DNA of 63,960 nucleotides, counting the filler, from Collodictyon triciliatum (taxonomy: Eukaryota): NCBI GenBank assembly GCA_043381765.1. It is 8 parts of 8 records of this genome, joined end to end, with 100 filler letters (N's around TTAATTAATTAA, not from the genome) between each part and the next. Parts side by side here need not be neighbours in the genome. Positions count along the whole stretch, not along the records: positions 9,062 to 18,011 come from JBHJMP010003218.1; positions 18,112 to 33,057 come from JBHJMP010003219.1; 6 more parts are not named here. One strand, 5' to 3'. Every line of letters begins with the position of its first letter. The first letter of the stretch is position 1. This document shows, piece after piece, positions 8,962-22,145 of the stretch. Both the position numbers and the translations under genes were made by a program. A model generated the notes under the pieces. It was not told the DNA's origin. It searched no databases and saw nothing but the letters and a program-made list of their open reading frames with translations.

Positions 8962-9061
8962 NNNNNNNNNNNNNNNNNNNNNNNNNNNNNNNNNNNNNNN
9001 NNNNNTTAATTAATTAANNNNNNNNNNNNNNNNNNNNNNNNNNNNNNNNNNNNNNNNNNNN
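8962..9061. other. Artificial contig linker (N-TTAATTAATTAA-N); same 12-mer at 18056, 33102, 42144, 51180, 55076 and 60303
   Basis: Identical six-frame-stop 12-mer embedded in N runs seven times. Confidence 0.98.
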
Positions 9062-9200
9062 AACAAACAAAAAACAAACAAAAAACAAACAAAAAACAAA
9101 CAAAAAACAAACAAAAAACAAACAAAAAACAAACAAAAAACAAACAAAAACAAACAAAAACAAAAACAAACAAAAACAAAAACAAACAAACAAAAAAAAA
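9062..9200. repeat. AAAC/AAAAAC-type simple repeat
   Basis: Direct reading. Confidence 0.95.
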
Positions 9201-9205
9201 GTAGG

Positions 9206-11272
9206 ATGAGAAAAACTGGGAGCCTAAAAGTTGAAGAGTTCGACGGAGGCGAGCCCAGCACCGGAGCCGATGAAAGCAAGGCTGGTTGTAGCAAACGCCA
9301 AGTCGTCGTGGAGGCCGAGGGACAGACATTAAGAGACACGACGTTGTTATGCAGCCGACCAGAGGCCCACGAACATGTTCCGGAGAAGAAATGTGCTGTT
9401 TGGGAGGCTGGCAAGCAGGAAGATGAAAGGAAGCCCAAGGATTTGGAGCGAATCGAGGTCAGCCATCATGAGCGAGTCAATATCATAGACGACCAGCGGA
9501 AAAAGCATCAGAGAAGACAAGGGCATGACAGGAGCCAGAGAATTGTGATTGAGCTGACATTAGAAAAGAACACGAAAGTGATTGACAAAAGAAAGACAAT
9601 CATGTCAGCGCTTGTATCAAACGAGAAGCTATTCCAAAAGATACTGTGGTTTTACAAACTCAAATTGGTGAACATAATGATACCTATTTTTTGGTTTTTA
9701 TGCAACGCTAACTTCCTATCCATCAGCTTCCAACGCCCATTCCTCGAGGTCTCTGTATATGCTCCTGTGCAACTATTTTACACATTCCACTTCGTTGCAT
9801 ATCACTGTACGTTTATTCGGCTAGATATCCTCAAATCGTTGCTAAAGTCCTTTAATTTCTGGTTTACTTTCTGGAATCTATTTTCCTTAATAGCATGCTA
9901 CATATGGTTATGGGGCTATTCTATTAATGTCTACTGCGCAGCAATACACTCAATTTTTAGTACTCTCTTACTCCTCTTGTTTGATGCACATTCGATGAAG
10001 CATTTAAAGCTCATGAAGATATCTGCTCTACTTGGTATTATTTCCATATCGATTGTGATTTTTATTCTTTTTCTAGAGCTTATAGACTTTCAACAAGAAA
10101 AGTTTTACTATGAGCGGTTAGATTTTGAAATAATAGATGTGCGTTTGCAAGCGTACGACAATGCTACCACCTTGATTGTGTACCTTCTAAGAATTATGTA
10201 TAACCACTTAATACTAAACAAGACATCCACGGTTGTATTTTTATCAAAGTTTTACGAGTTACCATCAACTTCATTCAGCAAAGTTAAAAGGGAATACCAG
10301 TCCTCAGATTACCAAGAGTCCAGTCTCCACCAAAGCGTGGAACCGTTTCACAGACACGCTGAATCAGTGGCAGAAAGGGGTTCCATAGATATTGTTCTGA
10401 ATGACACGGAGTCTATGAAAAAAATTGTATCTGATGAAATCAAACCTGAAAACGATGAAAACGATGAAAACAAGCCTGAAGATAATCGCAGTATTGAAAT
10501 TCCAAGCCTACCTCGAACTGACGGCGGACATTTGGTTGACCCCAAAAGATATATGATAATGGGAATCATGAGCAGCAAAGTGATAAAATACGATTTACAG
10601 GACACGATTTTCCATGGATATATAAAAAAGCATCACCCAGTCTTTACAAAAATGTTAAGGTCGCGTTATTATAACACCATCGGCGTGCTTTGCAGTTCAC
10701 TTTCGCTTCCTCTATCTCTTGTATTTGCATCGGGCATTGATTGTGGGAGCGTCTTATATTCTGTTGGATTGGCCACAAACTTGGTTGGATTGGTTTTTAT
10801 ATCGATACAAAGCATAGTTGTGAGCAACTTGTTTATGGTTCGCCACATGATTCGTTCTTTCGATTACTGGTTTGTGATCTTTCTGATTTTTAAGCTTTTA
10901 CTTTCATCTGGCGTGATGTGTGTCTGGGACTCCAGAATGGTTTTTTGGATTTTCGTTCTGCTAATATTCCACTGGTCAATCATGGTGGAGAGTTTCCAAA
11001 TCAAATCAAGAAAGCTGGCATACCTGTCTGTTCTTGGAGTTATGTGGATGTTTTCAGCTGCCATCCTTTGTAAACTGGGCTTTGGTCAAACCTTTGAAAA
11101 GGACAAATGGATTTACTTTGACAGAAATCCCTTTATCTCCCTTCGTATCATCTTGTCCAGCTCTGCCTTCTCGACTTGCATTTTGGCTTTGCGATTCTTT
11201 TGGAGCTTTTACCGAAATCCCAATCGCATTCTCTTCCTCACAGAATACGTTGTGGTGGACAATATTTCGTGA
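9206..11272 (+). CDS. Polytopic membrane protein with two internally duplicated TM modules
   Basis: Intronless 688-aa ORF with two hydrophobic blocks sharing motifs (LLKSFNFWF / MIRSFDYWF) separated by an acidic linker. Confidence 0.85.
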   Translation: MRKTGSLKVEEFDGGEPSTGADESKAGCSKRQVVVEAEGQTLRDTTLLCSRPEAHEHVPEKKCAVWEAGKQEDERKPKDLERIEVSHHERVNIIDDQRKKHQRRQGHDRSQRIVIELTLEKNTKVIDKRKTIMSALVSNEKLFQKILWFYKLKLVNIMIPIFWFLCNANFLSISFQRPFLEVSVYAPVQLFYTFHFVAYHCTFIRLDILKSLLKSFNFWFTFWNLFSLIACYIWLWGYSINVYCAAIHSIFSTLLLLLFDAHSMKHLKLMKISALLGIISISIVIFILFLELIDFQQEKFYYERLDFEIIDVRLQAYDNATTLIVYLLRIMYNHLILNKTSTVVFLSKFYELPSTSFSKVKREYQSSDYQESSLHQSVEPFHRHAESVAERGSIDIVLNDTESMKKIVSDEIKPENDENDENKPEDNRSIEIPSLPRTDGGHLVDPKRYMIMGIMSSKVIKYDLQDTIFHGYIKKHHPVFTKMLRSRYYNTIGVLCSSLSLPLSLVFASGIDCGSVLYSVGLATNLVGLVFISIQSIVVSNLFMVRHMIRSFDYWFVIFLIFKLLLSSGVMCVWDSRMVFWIFVLLIFHWSIMVESFQIKSRKLAYLSVLGVMWMFSAAILCKLGFGQTFEKDKWIYFDRNPFISLRIILSSSAFSTCILALRFFWSFYRNPNRILFLTEYVVVDNIS

Positions 11273-12057
11273 ATAAACTTTAACTATTGAAAGGGATGAT
11301 TTCTGATTCATACCAACCAAAAAAAAAAAAACTGATGACGTCTGATGGAATAGTGAGATTGCATATAATCAATATTCGGATAATGCTTAATGTTTATATG
11401 TTGACATGTGTAATATTTTGTATAATATATCTCAATTAGATATGTACATGTAATTTCCAAAAATATTGTATTTATGTGGAAGTAAACTAGTGCCTGATTA
11501 GGCAGGAAATCGCTATCGTGTCAAACATGTCAAACCCGCCGAATAACAGAGACCAGGAAAAAGCACCGGGGGTTCTGTGAAGTAATACAGAAGATTGCCG
11601 AGGAAGAGTGCACTCACCAACTTACATTGAGCGATTGAATTCGTAGGAGCGGCTCTGTTGGCTTGTGCGCACTGACATTCCAATCACTCAACCATCAGAG
11701 TCTCCTTGGCTGGGCTGCGCTGAGTGCAATCCCCAAAACTGACTCGTCACTATCTAGCCGAGACTCCTTCCCTCAATAGAGTCGCTTTGTTACCAAGCGT
11801 CTCGAAAGAATGGGAAGAAAGTTTCGACCGAAAGGTGTTATTCCCCTTGAGTCATATGACAGCACATTCGATTCAACACCTCGGCATCAGTATCTAAAAA
11901 GCTGTATATACTTATACTTTATGACGAAGCCACAGGGTGCGTAAGTTGTTGCGGACAGAGGGAGATACTAACGTGACAGATGAAAACCAAGAGGAAATAA
12001 AGAAATGAGAAAAATTAAAGGGTAAAGCAAAGCTATGTGCGTTGAAGGAGAAATCAT

Positions 12058-13220
12058 TCAACGGGGCTCCAGGAAAGAAGAGTGCATGTGGTCGGGCTCA
12101 AAAGGTAGATTCGGGAGGGCAAAGCGGAAAGGCAGGCCGAAGGAGCCGTGCAGTGGTTTGGGCAGTGGCAATTGACAGCCCCACGGAAGCAAGGCGGCCT
12201 CTGAATCGTTCTTTGCTTGCAGATGAACTTGGGATTGGGAATATGTTTGCGTCTGTGAATGTAGATGTCCATGCACTTGAGAAACACAAGGGGAAGACAG
12301 CGGCTGCGCAAAAGGTGACAATTGCTGGCTGTACGGCACGAAGATGCTTGTAGCCATCCCTTCCTGAGTTGAGTGTAAATAAACAGTACATAAGAAAAAA
12401 AAACCTTATTGAAAAAAACAAGCGGTGGGATGGTTTACAATTATCAGAGCGAGAAAGGACGCCATTTACAAGACTCTTGTTTTTTTTTTTTTTTGGTTAG
12501 TTAGCGAGAGTGAATGAACAGAAGGAAAAAAAATAGAAGGGCGACGATTTTGGAAGAAGAGGTAGAGAAATATAAACTGCGCGGATATATCAGCACATTG
12601 AATTGTGTGCATACCATGCGAGGCGAGTGCTTGAGCCTGCGACGAGTAAGGACCTGAAGATGGCTGGAAACCTGCTTGCGTGTGCGTATCTTGCCTGTTC
12701 GGCGGAGAATGTGGCGGGCGATGATCTCGTTGTGACCTGTGGGGGGTTTGTAGTTTGGCATGTGAGTGTTTGAGTGCGTTATAGAGGGCTCCTTGCAAGT
12801 GCATTTGTGGGACAACAAACCAATCAGCTGGCCCTTCTCCCGCACAAGACGTGTGCGTCCGTCGCGTGGGTAAAGCGTCAATGCCTCTTGGAAGGCCGCC
12901 TCTACGTCCGCAGACCATACACATCCATCCTCTGCGCCACCCGCGTCTTTTTCATCGTGGTTATCATTATCATTATCATTATCATTATCATTGTCGTATT
13001 CATTGTCACTATTGCTGTTGCTGCTGCTGGTGTTATTGTTATTGCTGTTGCCCTGTCTGCTGTCTGCGTTCATCCACGCTTTGCCAGGAGACTCCTGTTT
13101 CTGTGCTGGGCGATTCATCTTGTGTGTGTTGCCTGCCTGTCCATTGGGAATATCACGGAGATTGTGTGCGTGTGGAAGAGTAAATGTATGTGTAGGTAGT
13201 TTAGTTAGAGTGCGTGGCAT
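12058..13220 (-). CDS. TEA/ATTS-domain transcription factor (spliced; start uncertain)
   Basis: VWSADVEAAFQEALTLYP...IG|HNEIIARHILRRTGKIRTRKQVSSHLQVL. GT-AG intron 12737-12820; a further intron from ~12614 to 12364 joins in frame to the ORF ending at 12058. Confidence 0.88.
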
Positions 13221-14092
13221 TTATCGAATGTTGGACTCTTTCCCAAGCGACACAGGCATTTGCTGTCCGCCCTTTTTTCTATTCAGAACACCCGTGCCTA
13301 TCACCGCAGAATGCTCTGTTGGTGTTGCGCTTTGTTCGGCTGCGAGGATTCAGGTTTTTTAAGGGGTTGGGCGCATATATATATCCACCACCACCACATA
13401 GTTTTCTGTCGGCAAATGACGTTGGTGCTTTTGCTCCCACATTTCCTGCCATTCGTTTTTTCCCACGCCCCAATTTCAAATTGTGCCTTCAATTTGCTAG
13501 TTGCTTTTTGATTTTTGTTTGTTTTTTGTTTCCTGTTTTTTCTTGAACATCTTGTTTTTTTTTTTCTTTTTTTTTTTAAATAGGTGAAAATTGGGTTGGT
13601 TGGTGGATTGGTGGTTGAAGGGCTCTCTTTGGAAGACGGAAAAAATGGAAAAAAAAGGCCGGATTTTCTCGTGAATTTCGGTGGTATTCGGGCTAATCTC
13701 CGAATATTCGGAGAACTATTCCTCTTTGGGATGATGTTCTAACAATTTTTATGACCTTCTGCATTGAGGTATTCGACGATCCTTACACTAAAGCTGGAAT
13801 ATGGGAATTCAGTATTTCCCCGCACATTCCTGGGGAAAAGACGAATCCCAGGTCTGCTATCTCGAAAAGGCGCAGGAACATTCCGCTTGGGAAACTTGGT
13901 GTTCACGGGAGAGCTGAATATGGATAGGTCTTCATCGAAAGAGATGGCATTCCATTCTTGTGGTCACGTCCGATTAGGAAAGGGAGGTGAATAAAATCCG
14001 GATTCATTGAGCTCACTCGGATAAGATAAAAACCCCTGTTATGGGCGAAACAAACAAGGGTGGAACTCTGTTTTCACTGCATCTAGATTTTC

Positions 14093-14093
<1 letters not shown>

Positions 14094-14124
<31 letters not shown>
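14094..14124. repeat. (GT)n microsatellite
   Basis: Direct reading. Confidence 0.95.
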
Positions 14125-14127
<3 letters not shown>

Positions 14128-14186
14128 ATTTTGTTTGCAAAGGCTGCTGTTTACTCTCGGACAATAGGAGGAGAGAGATGAGGGGT

Positions 14187-16982
14187 TCAGTTCTGCTCTT
14201 GGGATTCCGGATTTAACACATGTAAGAGAAACAGAACCAAGCCTGTTTTCGCATGGCGAATCACAAAAAGGAATGGTCTATCACAGATAAAATGAGTGCT
14301 TTGAACGGGCATCGCTGATTTCCGAAGCATCACGACTGTTGCAGCCGCCGCTTCGGTGCCCTCTTCGTTGACCTCCACGACAGCCTTTATTTGTATATGT
14401 GATGATTTATAATGCTTAGATGTAGAGATTAGTTTCGCTGGTAAGTAGCCCATAGTCACATACTAAATTGATGACCAAAGCATAATTACATAGAGATGAG
14501 CAACCTGACACACATATTGCTTGTAACAAAACAGCAACTTCCAAGACGCTCACCTGATGTAGCACAGAAGATATGCAAAGACCGTGGCTGTTCAATGCCA
14601 AATCTGAAAAGTCTGCCCCTCCTCCGAAAGCTGTCTGGATTCCAGATTCATAGAGGGCTTCGTTCAGCGTTGATTTCGTAGACACCTGGTGATTTGTGTC
14701 AGCTTATACTTTGAGCTATAAGACCGGCATGCTTCGAAGCAAAATATTGCACTTATTTTTCTCTCAAAATAATTCAAAACCAGTGTGATGCCTTTGCATT
14801 TTTCTCATACAATCTGGTTGATTGAATCATAATTTTTTATGATGGCGATGGGGCAAACAATTCTATCTGAAAAGAATCACTCGACCTTAAATCTTGGTAG
14901 AGAAACGGAAACAAGACCCGGAGTATGGCCTTTAGAGGTCCAATGTGCCCATGTTGTGAAGGCGTGCTCAATCGCATCAAGGTATACCTGGCCTTCTTCT
15001 GGTAAGATGATGGTAGCCACGAGTTTAGGTGTCGGGGATTCTGCTCCGTATGGCAAATCTACTGCCTAGTTAGCGCAGAAAATTAAGAAGACATATACAT
15101 CACCAGCCCCAAGATAACCAAGGCGAGTCCTTCTCTTCAGACTTTTGAAAGGAAGGAAAGGGCGGAGATGCCCAAAATATAATAGGCTTGCTAAAGGCTG
15201 GAAAGGAAGATAAAAAAGCCGTTCACACAAAAGGGAAGACAGATTACGGTATGTTAATAGAAGTACATATTTTTAAAACTGCGACCAAACCTGAAATCTC
15301 TCTTGGGAGTAGAAAGTAAATTTCTTTTGTACGTGCATCATGGCTACATCAATTTTTTCACCACTGCGTAATGTGAATGGCTCTCTAGAGGTCTCCGATG
15401 GCTGGAAGGGATGTGTCCACAGGCCCTATCCATATATGATTACTCAAAAAAAAAAGTGGAAGAAAAAGGAAAGGCTGAGACGGATATCTACCGGATGAAT
15501 TGTACAAAGGTCAATCAAATTCATTTTGTATAGACTAAACATTATTTTGACTCCTTAAAAAAGAACCTTAAAGTATATTGCATTGATGATCATCGCCATG
15601 ATTCCGTCTACACCATCAGGAACAAGGTCCTTAATCTTTTCATTTGTTAAAGCAGATATCCAGTTGTTGGCCTGAGTATAATAAGTATTTTTTTTTTTAA
15701 AAAAAACAAGGTACAATACCAACCTCGGTGTTTTGCCTTTAAGCGCTAAATTCAAAACCTGATCAGAAGGTAAAAGGAGTTTCCTCTTCTCTTGTGAGAT
15801 TGCCTTAATTAAATATGTTCATGAAGAGAAAAAATGAAGTAAAGTAAGGAAAACAAAGTACCTTCTTTGATGCTGAACCGTTCATGGTAAACAACTCTCC
15901 GTTGTAGAGATTGCGCAAATAAGAATAGAAGGAAGATTTTGCATCCCCACATGACGGATGCAACATTACCTAGACATTGATATAATATTTTGGATTTGAA
16001 TTAAAAATCAAGGAAAGCTGATAAAATGTAATCAAATCTCTTTGTCATACTGCCTTTTTCGATAGCAGGCTCACGTAAAGATTACTTAACGAGAAATCTT
16101 AAATGAATTAGTAAGCGTTGTCACCATATTCCCTATCATCAGAGCTATCTGTCGCGAATCAGAACGACCTATGTCTCGTAAAATCGTCTGAATATCTTCA
16201 TTCACTGAATTTAGCTATTCACAATACGAATAAGTGAGTGAAGAACCCAATTAAGAAAGGTACAGAGAAATCATTCGAAAGTTTATGAATGGCGGCAGAG
16301 TGAAAAAAGAATATTTAAACAACGAAAGCTAATATGATATTCAAAGTCTGGTTCAGCAACGAATGAGAAAATATTGGAATCTTTCTATTTTTTTGAACAT
16401 TTTATTGGGGTTGGTGAATGCTTTGGTTTTGTTTTTTTGCAAGTTATTAAAGCTTAAGTATGGATTCTTGAAATAAAAAAGGATTATGAAAATACGATAA
16501 CCTTTTTGGATGAAATCCCAGGTTCGCTCATAGTATGAATGATTTCTGTTTGTGTATTACCCACCGCTCCGTTTGCTGCTATACTGCAAAAGAAAAAATA
16601 ATATAATAGAAAGCCCAACCCATGATTTTTTTTTAATGCAAAGTACCCTTATCATCGTTAAAACAATTCTTCTGCAAAATGATTTTACGAAAAGAAAAAA
16701 AATACAACGCCAATAAAGCGGAATAAGTACCGCAGGAATAATGCGAACTATTGAAAAGAGAGCACAACGATGAAGATAAAAAGTAAAAAAAAAAAATGAA
16801 GAAAAAAAGAAGAGATAAATAAACCTCAACGCCAGTACTACCGAATATGGCCCAAAGGCAAAGTTTCCAGAACTCTGCGTCCCAAGCAGCTTGAACAAGC
16901 GAAAGCCAAACTCATTGAAATGTTGGCAGAAACGGCTTTTCTCTTTAGGCAAACGGATTGGATTATAAGATTTGCGATACTC
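14187..16982 (-). CDS. Serpin (multi-exon; N-terminal exon unresolved)
   Basis: Exon fragments NEFGFRLFK..GNFAFGPYSV, ANNWISALTNEKIKDLV, IINAIYFK, VEVNEEGTEAAAAT hinge, FICDRPFLFVI; GT-AG introns. Confidence 0.9.
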
Positions 16983-17932
16983 CTACCCAAGTGTCAAGCG
17001 TATCTCCACGGAGAAGAGAGAAACAGAAGAAAGAAGAGAAAAGTGTCGGAGAAAAACAAAGAAGAAATGAAAATTAAAGAACATAACGCAGAGAACCTGA
17101 CTCGGACGGCCTCGTTGAAAAAAAGTTCATGAGCTTCTTACCCGCAAAAGAGCCATACAGAACATAATAAGGAGGGTTTAAGTGTTTATTTCACACTAAA
17201 TAAATTATAAAGTATGAAATAAAATGAGGAAAAAAAGAGACCAGGCCGGCGAGTGCTTTAACACAGGTTGCGCTGAGGAAACACACGAACGCGCTCTTCA
17301 CCGAACGATTCAGCGCAGTCACAGTTTTTGAGACAAGGTAGAATGAAAGGTATATCAAAGTGGTTTGGTTTCTCGTTTATTGCAACGCTACTATAAAGAC
17401 TCGAAGCAAATGAAAGGACAGACAAACATATAACAAGAGACACGAGGATAATGCGTTTAGGATAAAAAAAAAAAGGAAAAGGGAAGGGCAAAACATATTC
17501 GCTTTGTCTATGCAGAGAGAGAGAGAGAAAAAAGATATAGGAAAAAGAGGCAAAGAAACGAATGCGTTGTCCATGGCCAGCATCATCGAAAGAAAGAACG
17601 AGAGAATCCTTTGGGCCGTGTTTTCTCTCCATCGAAACCGATTTCATCATATGAATTTATAATCGGTTCGCTCTCTGACAAAGCAGTTTCTTTGTTTCTC
17701 TTGATTATGACACCGATTCTGAGGCGATTCGAAATTCAATAAAACGCGTATGTTGGATAGATACTTTAAACAAATACACAGAAAACTATCGGTATAGCAT
17801 TAAAGTATACTTTATTGCGTGACAATAACCTGATTATGGAGAGCATGTAGCACGGAGTAGCAAGCAAGGCGAGCAGGAAGGAAGCACCCAAGTCGGTATC
17901 CAATCTTCTGGGCGCATTACATATTAATGGAA

Positions 17933-18011
17933 AAGAAGAAGAAGAAGAAGAAGAAGAAGAAGAAGAAGAAGAAGAAGAAGAAGAAGAAGAAGAAGAAGAA
18001 GAAGAAGAAGA
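17933..18011. repeat. (GAA)n microsatellite at contig end
   Basis: Direct reading. Confidence 0.95.
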
Positions 18012-19047
18012 NNNNNNNNNNNNNNNNNNNNNNNNNNNNNNNNNNNNNNNNNNNNTTAATTAATTAANNNNNNNNNNNNNNNNNNNNNNNNNNNNNNNNN
18101 NNNNNNNNNNNATCTGACTGTGTCTGGATGACATCATAGCTTGTATAAAAAATATTACAAATTTTGAATTGAAGTTAAAAGGCGATTACGAAGGATAGAA
18201 CCTTCGAAGTTTTTATAATTGCCATGGCGTGTTTACCATAGATTCTAAAAACATATGCCAAACATGATTTTCTTTGAGTTAATAATGAGGGATTCAAAAC
18301 GCGTACAGTTGAATTACGTGAGGATGACACAAGTTTTTTTAAAATAGATATCTCCCTGCAGAGCTTTCAGAAACCTTCATATACTCGATTCTTCTCCTAC
18401 TAACAATTTTGACAGCAACTTTTGTGTTGGTCACCCCATGCAGCCCTCCTACAGCCAAGGTACGGGAATATGGGGTCAATCAGAGAGATATTTGTGCCCT
18501 CTGAACCTCGCCAGATGTTCTTCAAGGAGCCCACCCACCTTTGACTTTGCCATATGTCCCGCTTCCGAGTGTTTTGCCGAGTACGTAGCTCCCGACCCGC
18601 ATCGTCAGAAATCCTGCACTGTCTGGATATGTTTTATAATTATACATTTTTTTTTTAAAAAAAAGGGGTGTTTTACTCGCAGTCCTCAGGCGAAGGCAGG
18701 CTTCTTTCTGCGTGGTTCTGCCAGTGCAGCTGTGATGGGCTCCTTTGTGGCCGGGTGGGAGTGGCGAGCGTGGTGCGGATTTGTGCGCGCATGGCTCAGA
18801 GACATTGACATGCCGATTATTAGGGTTTGCTGCCGAATGTGGGTTGAGGCAAAAGCGGCATCAATGGGCAGACATTGATAACTCCAGAAAAAGACTGACA
18901 TATGCTTCCCTTTTCTGGATTTTATTTTAGTGAGTATGCGCAAGCTGACCCGCACAAAGACAAACGCAGCCAAGCAGAAGATTGCGGTGCAGGAGGTTGA
19001 TTCTCGAGGAGCTTTCGTGTGTGGGATGGAAGCGAGTTGGCTTCTGC

Positions 19048-21748
19048 TTAGACCGTGACACGGCATTGGTTGACAGGATCGATGCGCGATTCTCCGGGTC
19101 CGCTGCTGGCTTGGAGCTTTCGTGCAACCTTGAGCCCAGCATATATTAGTTAGTGCCTTTCCTATTTTCACATTCACATTGGCTCTTGGGGCACATCGCT
19201 CTATTTCCTTTCCTTTCCTTTCCTTCCCCCTTTAGACGAGAAACAGACAAGCCCAAAAGTAGCGAAGGAGCAATATTACAAAAAAAAAAAAAAGTCAAAA
19301 AAATGAAAGTGGGCTTACGCTTTCAGCCTCGCGCAAAACGCGGATTACATTCCCCCCAATCACTTTGATAATGTCAGAATCGCTGTACCCACGGTCGAGA
19401 AGCTCGGCGGTCAGGTAGACGTACCTTGTGTAGACAAATAAGCATCGAATTAACGGAATGCCAGGGGACGCAAGGGGAAGAAGAAGGACTGCTTAATAAT
19501 TTGACTTTGGCATACTTGGAGACATCCTCGAGGCCAACAGGGAGTTGACTAACCCCATCATAATCGCCTCCGAGTCCGACATAGTCGATGCCGATAAGGT
19601 TCTTGACATAGTCTGTCAGAGTTCAGTTCAGATTAAGACAAGTTCGACAGGGCATTTTTCTAATCGGTTTGGCTTTACTACTCACATATAGAAAAATAAA
19701 AGAAAGGCAAATTATCAATCACGATGTGAGAGTACATACCAATGTGGTCAGCCACATCAGAAAGGGTGGCGGTGCCATTGATTTTGATAAACCCGCTGTA
19801 GAAGTTGATCTGTATATTATGCAAGGATGTTTGTTCGAAGTGTTATACATGAATGAATGAAATATATAAAATGCTCTTGAGATGATGAAAAGAATATTAA
19901 GTATAATAAAAGGAAAAGCAAAGAATAGTGGAAAAAAATAATGGAAAACCATGATAACTCCTCGGTTTTGCTTCAGTCGAAGAAGAACGTCGTCAGGAAC
20001 GTTGCGTGAGACTGGGCACAAATTGTACACAGACGAATGACTGAAAATAACAGGGGCCACTGAAACCTGTTCAGCGATGATATTCATCAACACACAATCC
20101 ACTAATGTCCCAGCTGGTTATTTTTACTCTTGATAATCATTACAGAAAAATATCGACCTCAAGGACGTCATGCATAACCGCGGGGGACACATGGCTAATG
20201 TCAGCGAGCATTCCAAGGCGATTCATTTCAAAAATAACCTAAGTTTTTAAGGAAATTTGGTGATTCTTGTTTATTGACGATATAATGAAGCTGGAAAGCA
20301 CTGAGAAAAATGCGAGTAAATGATTATGATTTTTCTATCTATTATCAATCCTACCTCGCGCCCAAATGATGACAATCCTTCAAGTTGGGCAGGGCTCTGA
20401 CAGCACGAGTCAACCCAAGCAAGATGGCAATTGTGGGTCAGAGTCATGTATCTGAAAAAAAAGAAAAACAAAAGCTTAAGGAAGTTGACCAGCCATATCT
20501 CTCGCCACATAACGTTATTCCGGGGCATATCCCAAACAGCCTTAAAGAAAATGAGAGTCACCTAGAGCCGAGCTCATAAAACATGCGCAGCGTAGCCAAC
20601 GAGTTATCGATAGAGTGGCCACCTTCCATACCTGCGCATAACACAAGGTAGTGTTACATGAAAATACAAGCTACTTTCGAGTCTCCAGTAAGGTGAGTAG
20701 AATGAAAACATGGATTGAATCTGAGGGGGCCGAGACGAGAGATGGCCAACCAATCAAGGAAGCAATCTTCCTCTCAGAGAAGGCCTTCTCCAGCTGATCT
20801 GCAGTGTACACCAGCTTGAATGTCTGAGTGTAGCGAAAAGACAGTTACGTAAGATTGACATAGAATTGACCAAAGGAATTTCTGTACAGAAAGTATCAGT
20901 ATACGATTGTAATTAAAAATTCAAAGGAAAATAGCTCAAAGGAGGCGCAGCGGACATGCCTCAGGGTAAAGTTGCTCAAGACGGCGGGCCACGTCGACCT
21001 GAAATAAAATTACATTCATCAGATACACACACATAATTTCATCATGGATGTTGTAGGTATGAGTGTATGGTTGCCTTGCCTGGTCGAGTGTGGCACGAAC
21101 AGCATCACGGTCGAGCTGAGAGCATGGAACATAAACAGACCAGAATTGACCACCAACGCCACCCTCTGCAAAAACCACAGAGCATTCTTTGAGAGTGCGA
21201 CAGACTGAATAAGAGGGTCGTATAGAAAGGGAGGCATACGGCGGAGTCGCGGTATGTCAGTCTGGAGCGACGGTTGGTTGACAGAGATGTCGAGTTTGGT
21301 CATCGCATTCTTGACCTACAAAACAGCTTTGAGAGTATACCCAAACAAGAGGGAAAAAGGCGCATGAATGAGAGACCTGGACGCGATATTGCCAGGGAAG
21401 ATCGTTGTGGCCGTCCACCAAAGGATAGCGCGAGTGGATCATCTTAGCCCTAAATCGTAACGTGCACAGGATTGGACGTCCGCGTGGCGTTTCGGTGCGG
21501 TTTTCGAGGTAAAGGAAAGAGCAAAAGACAGCGCGCAGAAAGACCGCAAAGCGAATGAAATAAACAAAATATGGTAAGAAAGTGGAGAGTAAATAACCTT
21601 TCCAGAGAGTTGCAGAGCGCTCCTGCAACAACGGCGAGGCATACAACCACAGACAGCAGGGTCTGCTCAAGCGAGAAGGTCAAGTTTGAGGTACTTGCGC
21701 ACAGGTGAGTTTCCAAGAGACAATTCATATTTCAGATCATACCTTCAT
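19048..21748 (-). CDS. Secreted membrane/renal-type dipeptidase (peptidase M19), multi-exon
   Basis: Spliced signal peptide [19 protein letters not shown]; motifs [70 protein letters not shown]; last exon ends NQCRVTV* at 19048. Confidence 0.92.
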
Positions 21749-22145
21749 GGAAGCTGCAGATGTTTCCGGGGTGGGCAAGGGAACGGGAAACAGTGCGCAG
21801 GGGTCAATGGTATGAGTAAGGTTTTTTTTTTTTTTTTTTTTGTTTTTTTTTTTTTTTGTATAGCTGATTAGCTCGTATACTGAATAGTCCCTTATCGCCT
21901 GCGTTGTGTGGGTTCATATCCTTCCGGCCTTCCAGTATCTATGAGCGAGCCGTCCGAATTTTCCACTATGGGGTAGATACCAGATATTCTGTATCATCAA
22001 GTGTGGGTTGTTTGAAATCCTTTGTTGACATATACAAATGCGGAATATATGACAGCGCCTTACAGCAGCATTAAGGGTGCAAGTCTGGCCTCGCTTGCCT
22101 TGTAATCCTGCATGATTCAATATTTTTATTTATGAATTTCTTGGC

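Noticed and set aside
9006-9017. Recurrent TTAATTAATTAA as a biological motif, and any gene linkage across it
   Set aside because: Artificial linker within N runs; flanking contigs are unrelated, so host-virus integration junctions cannot be inferred.
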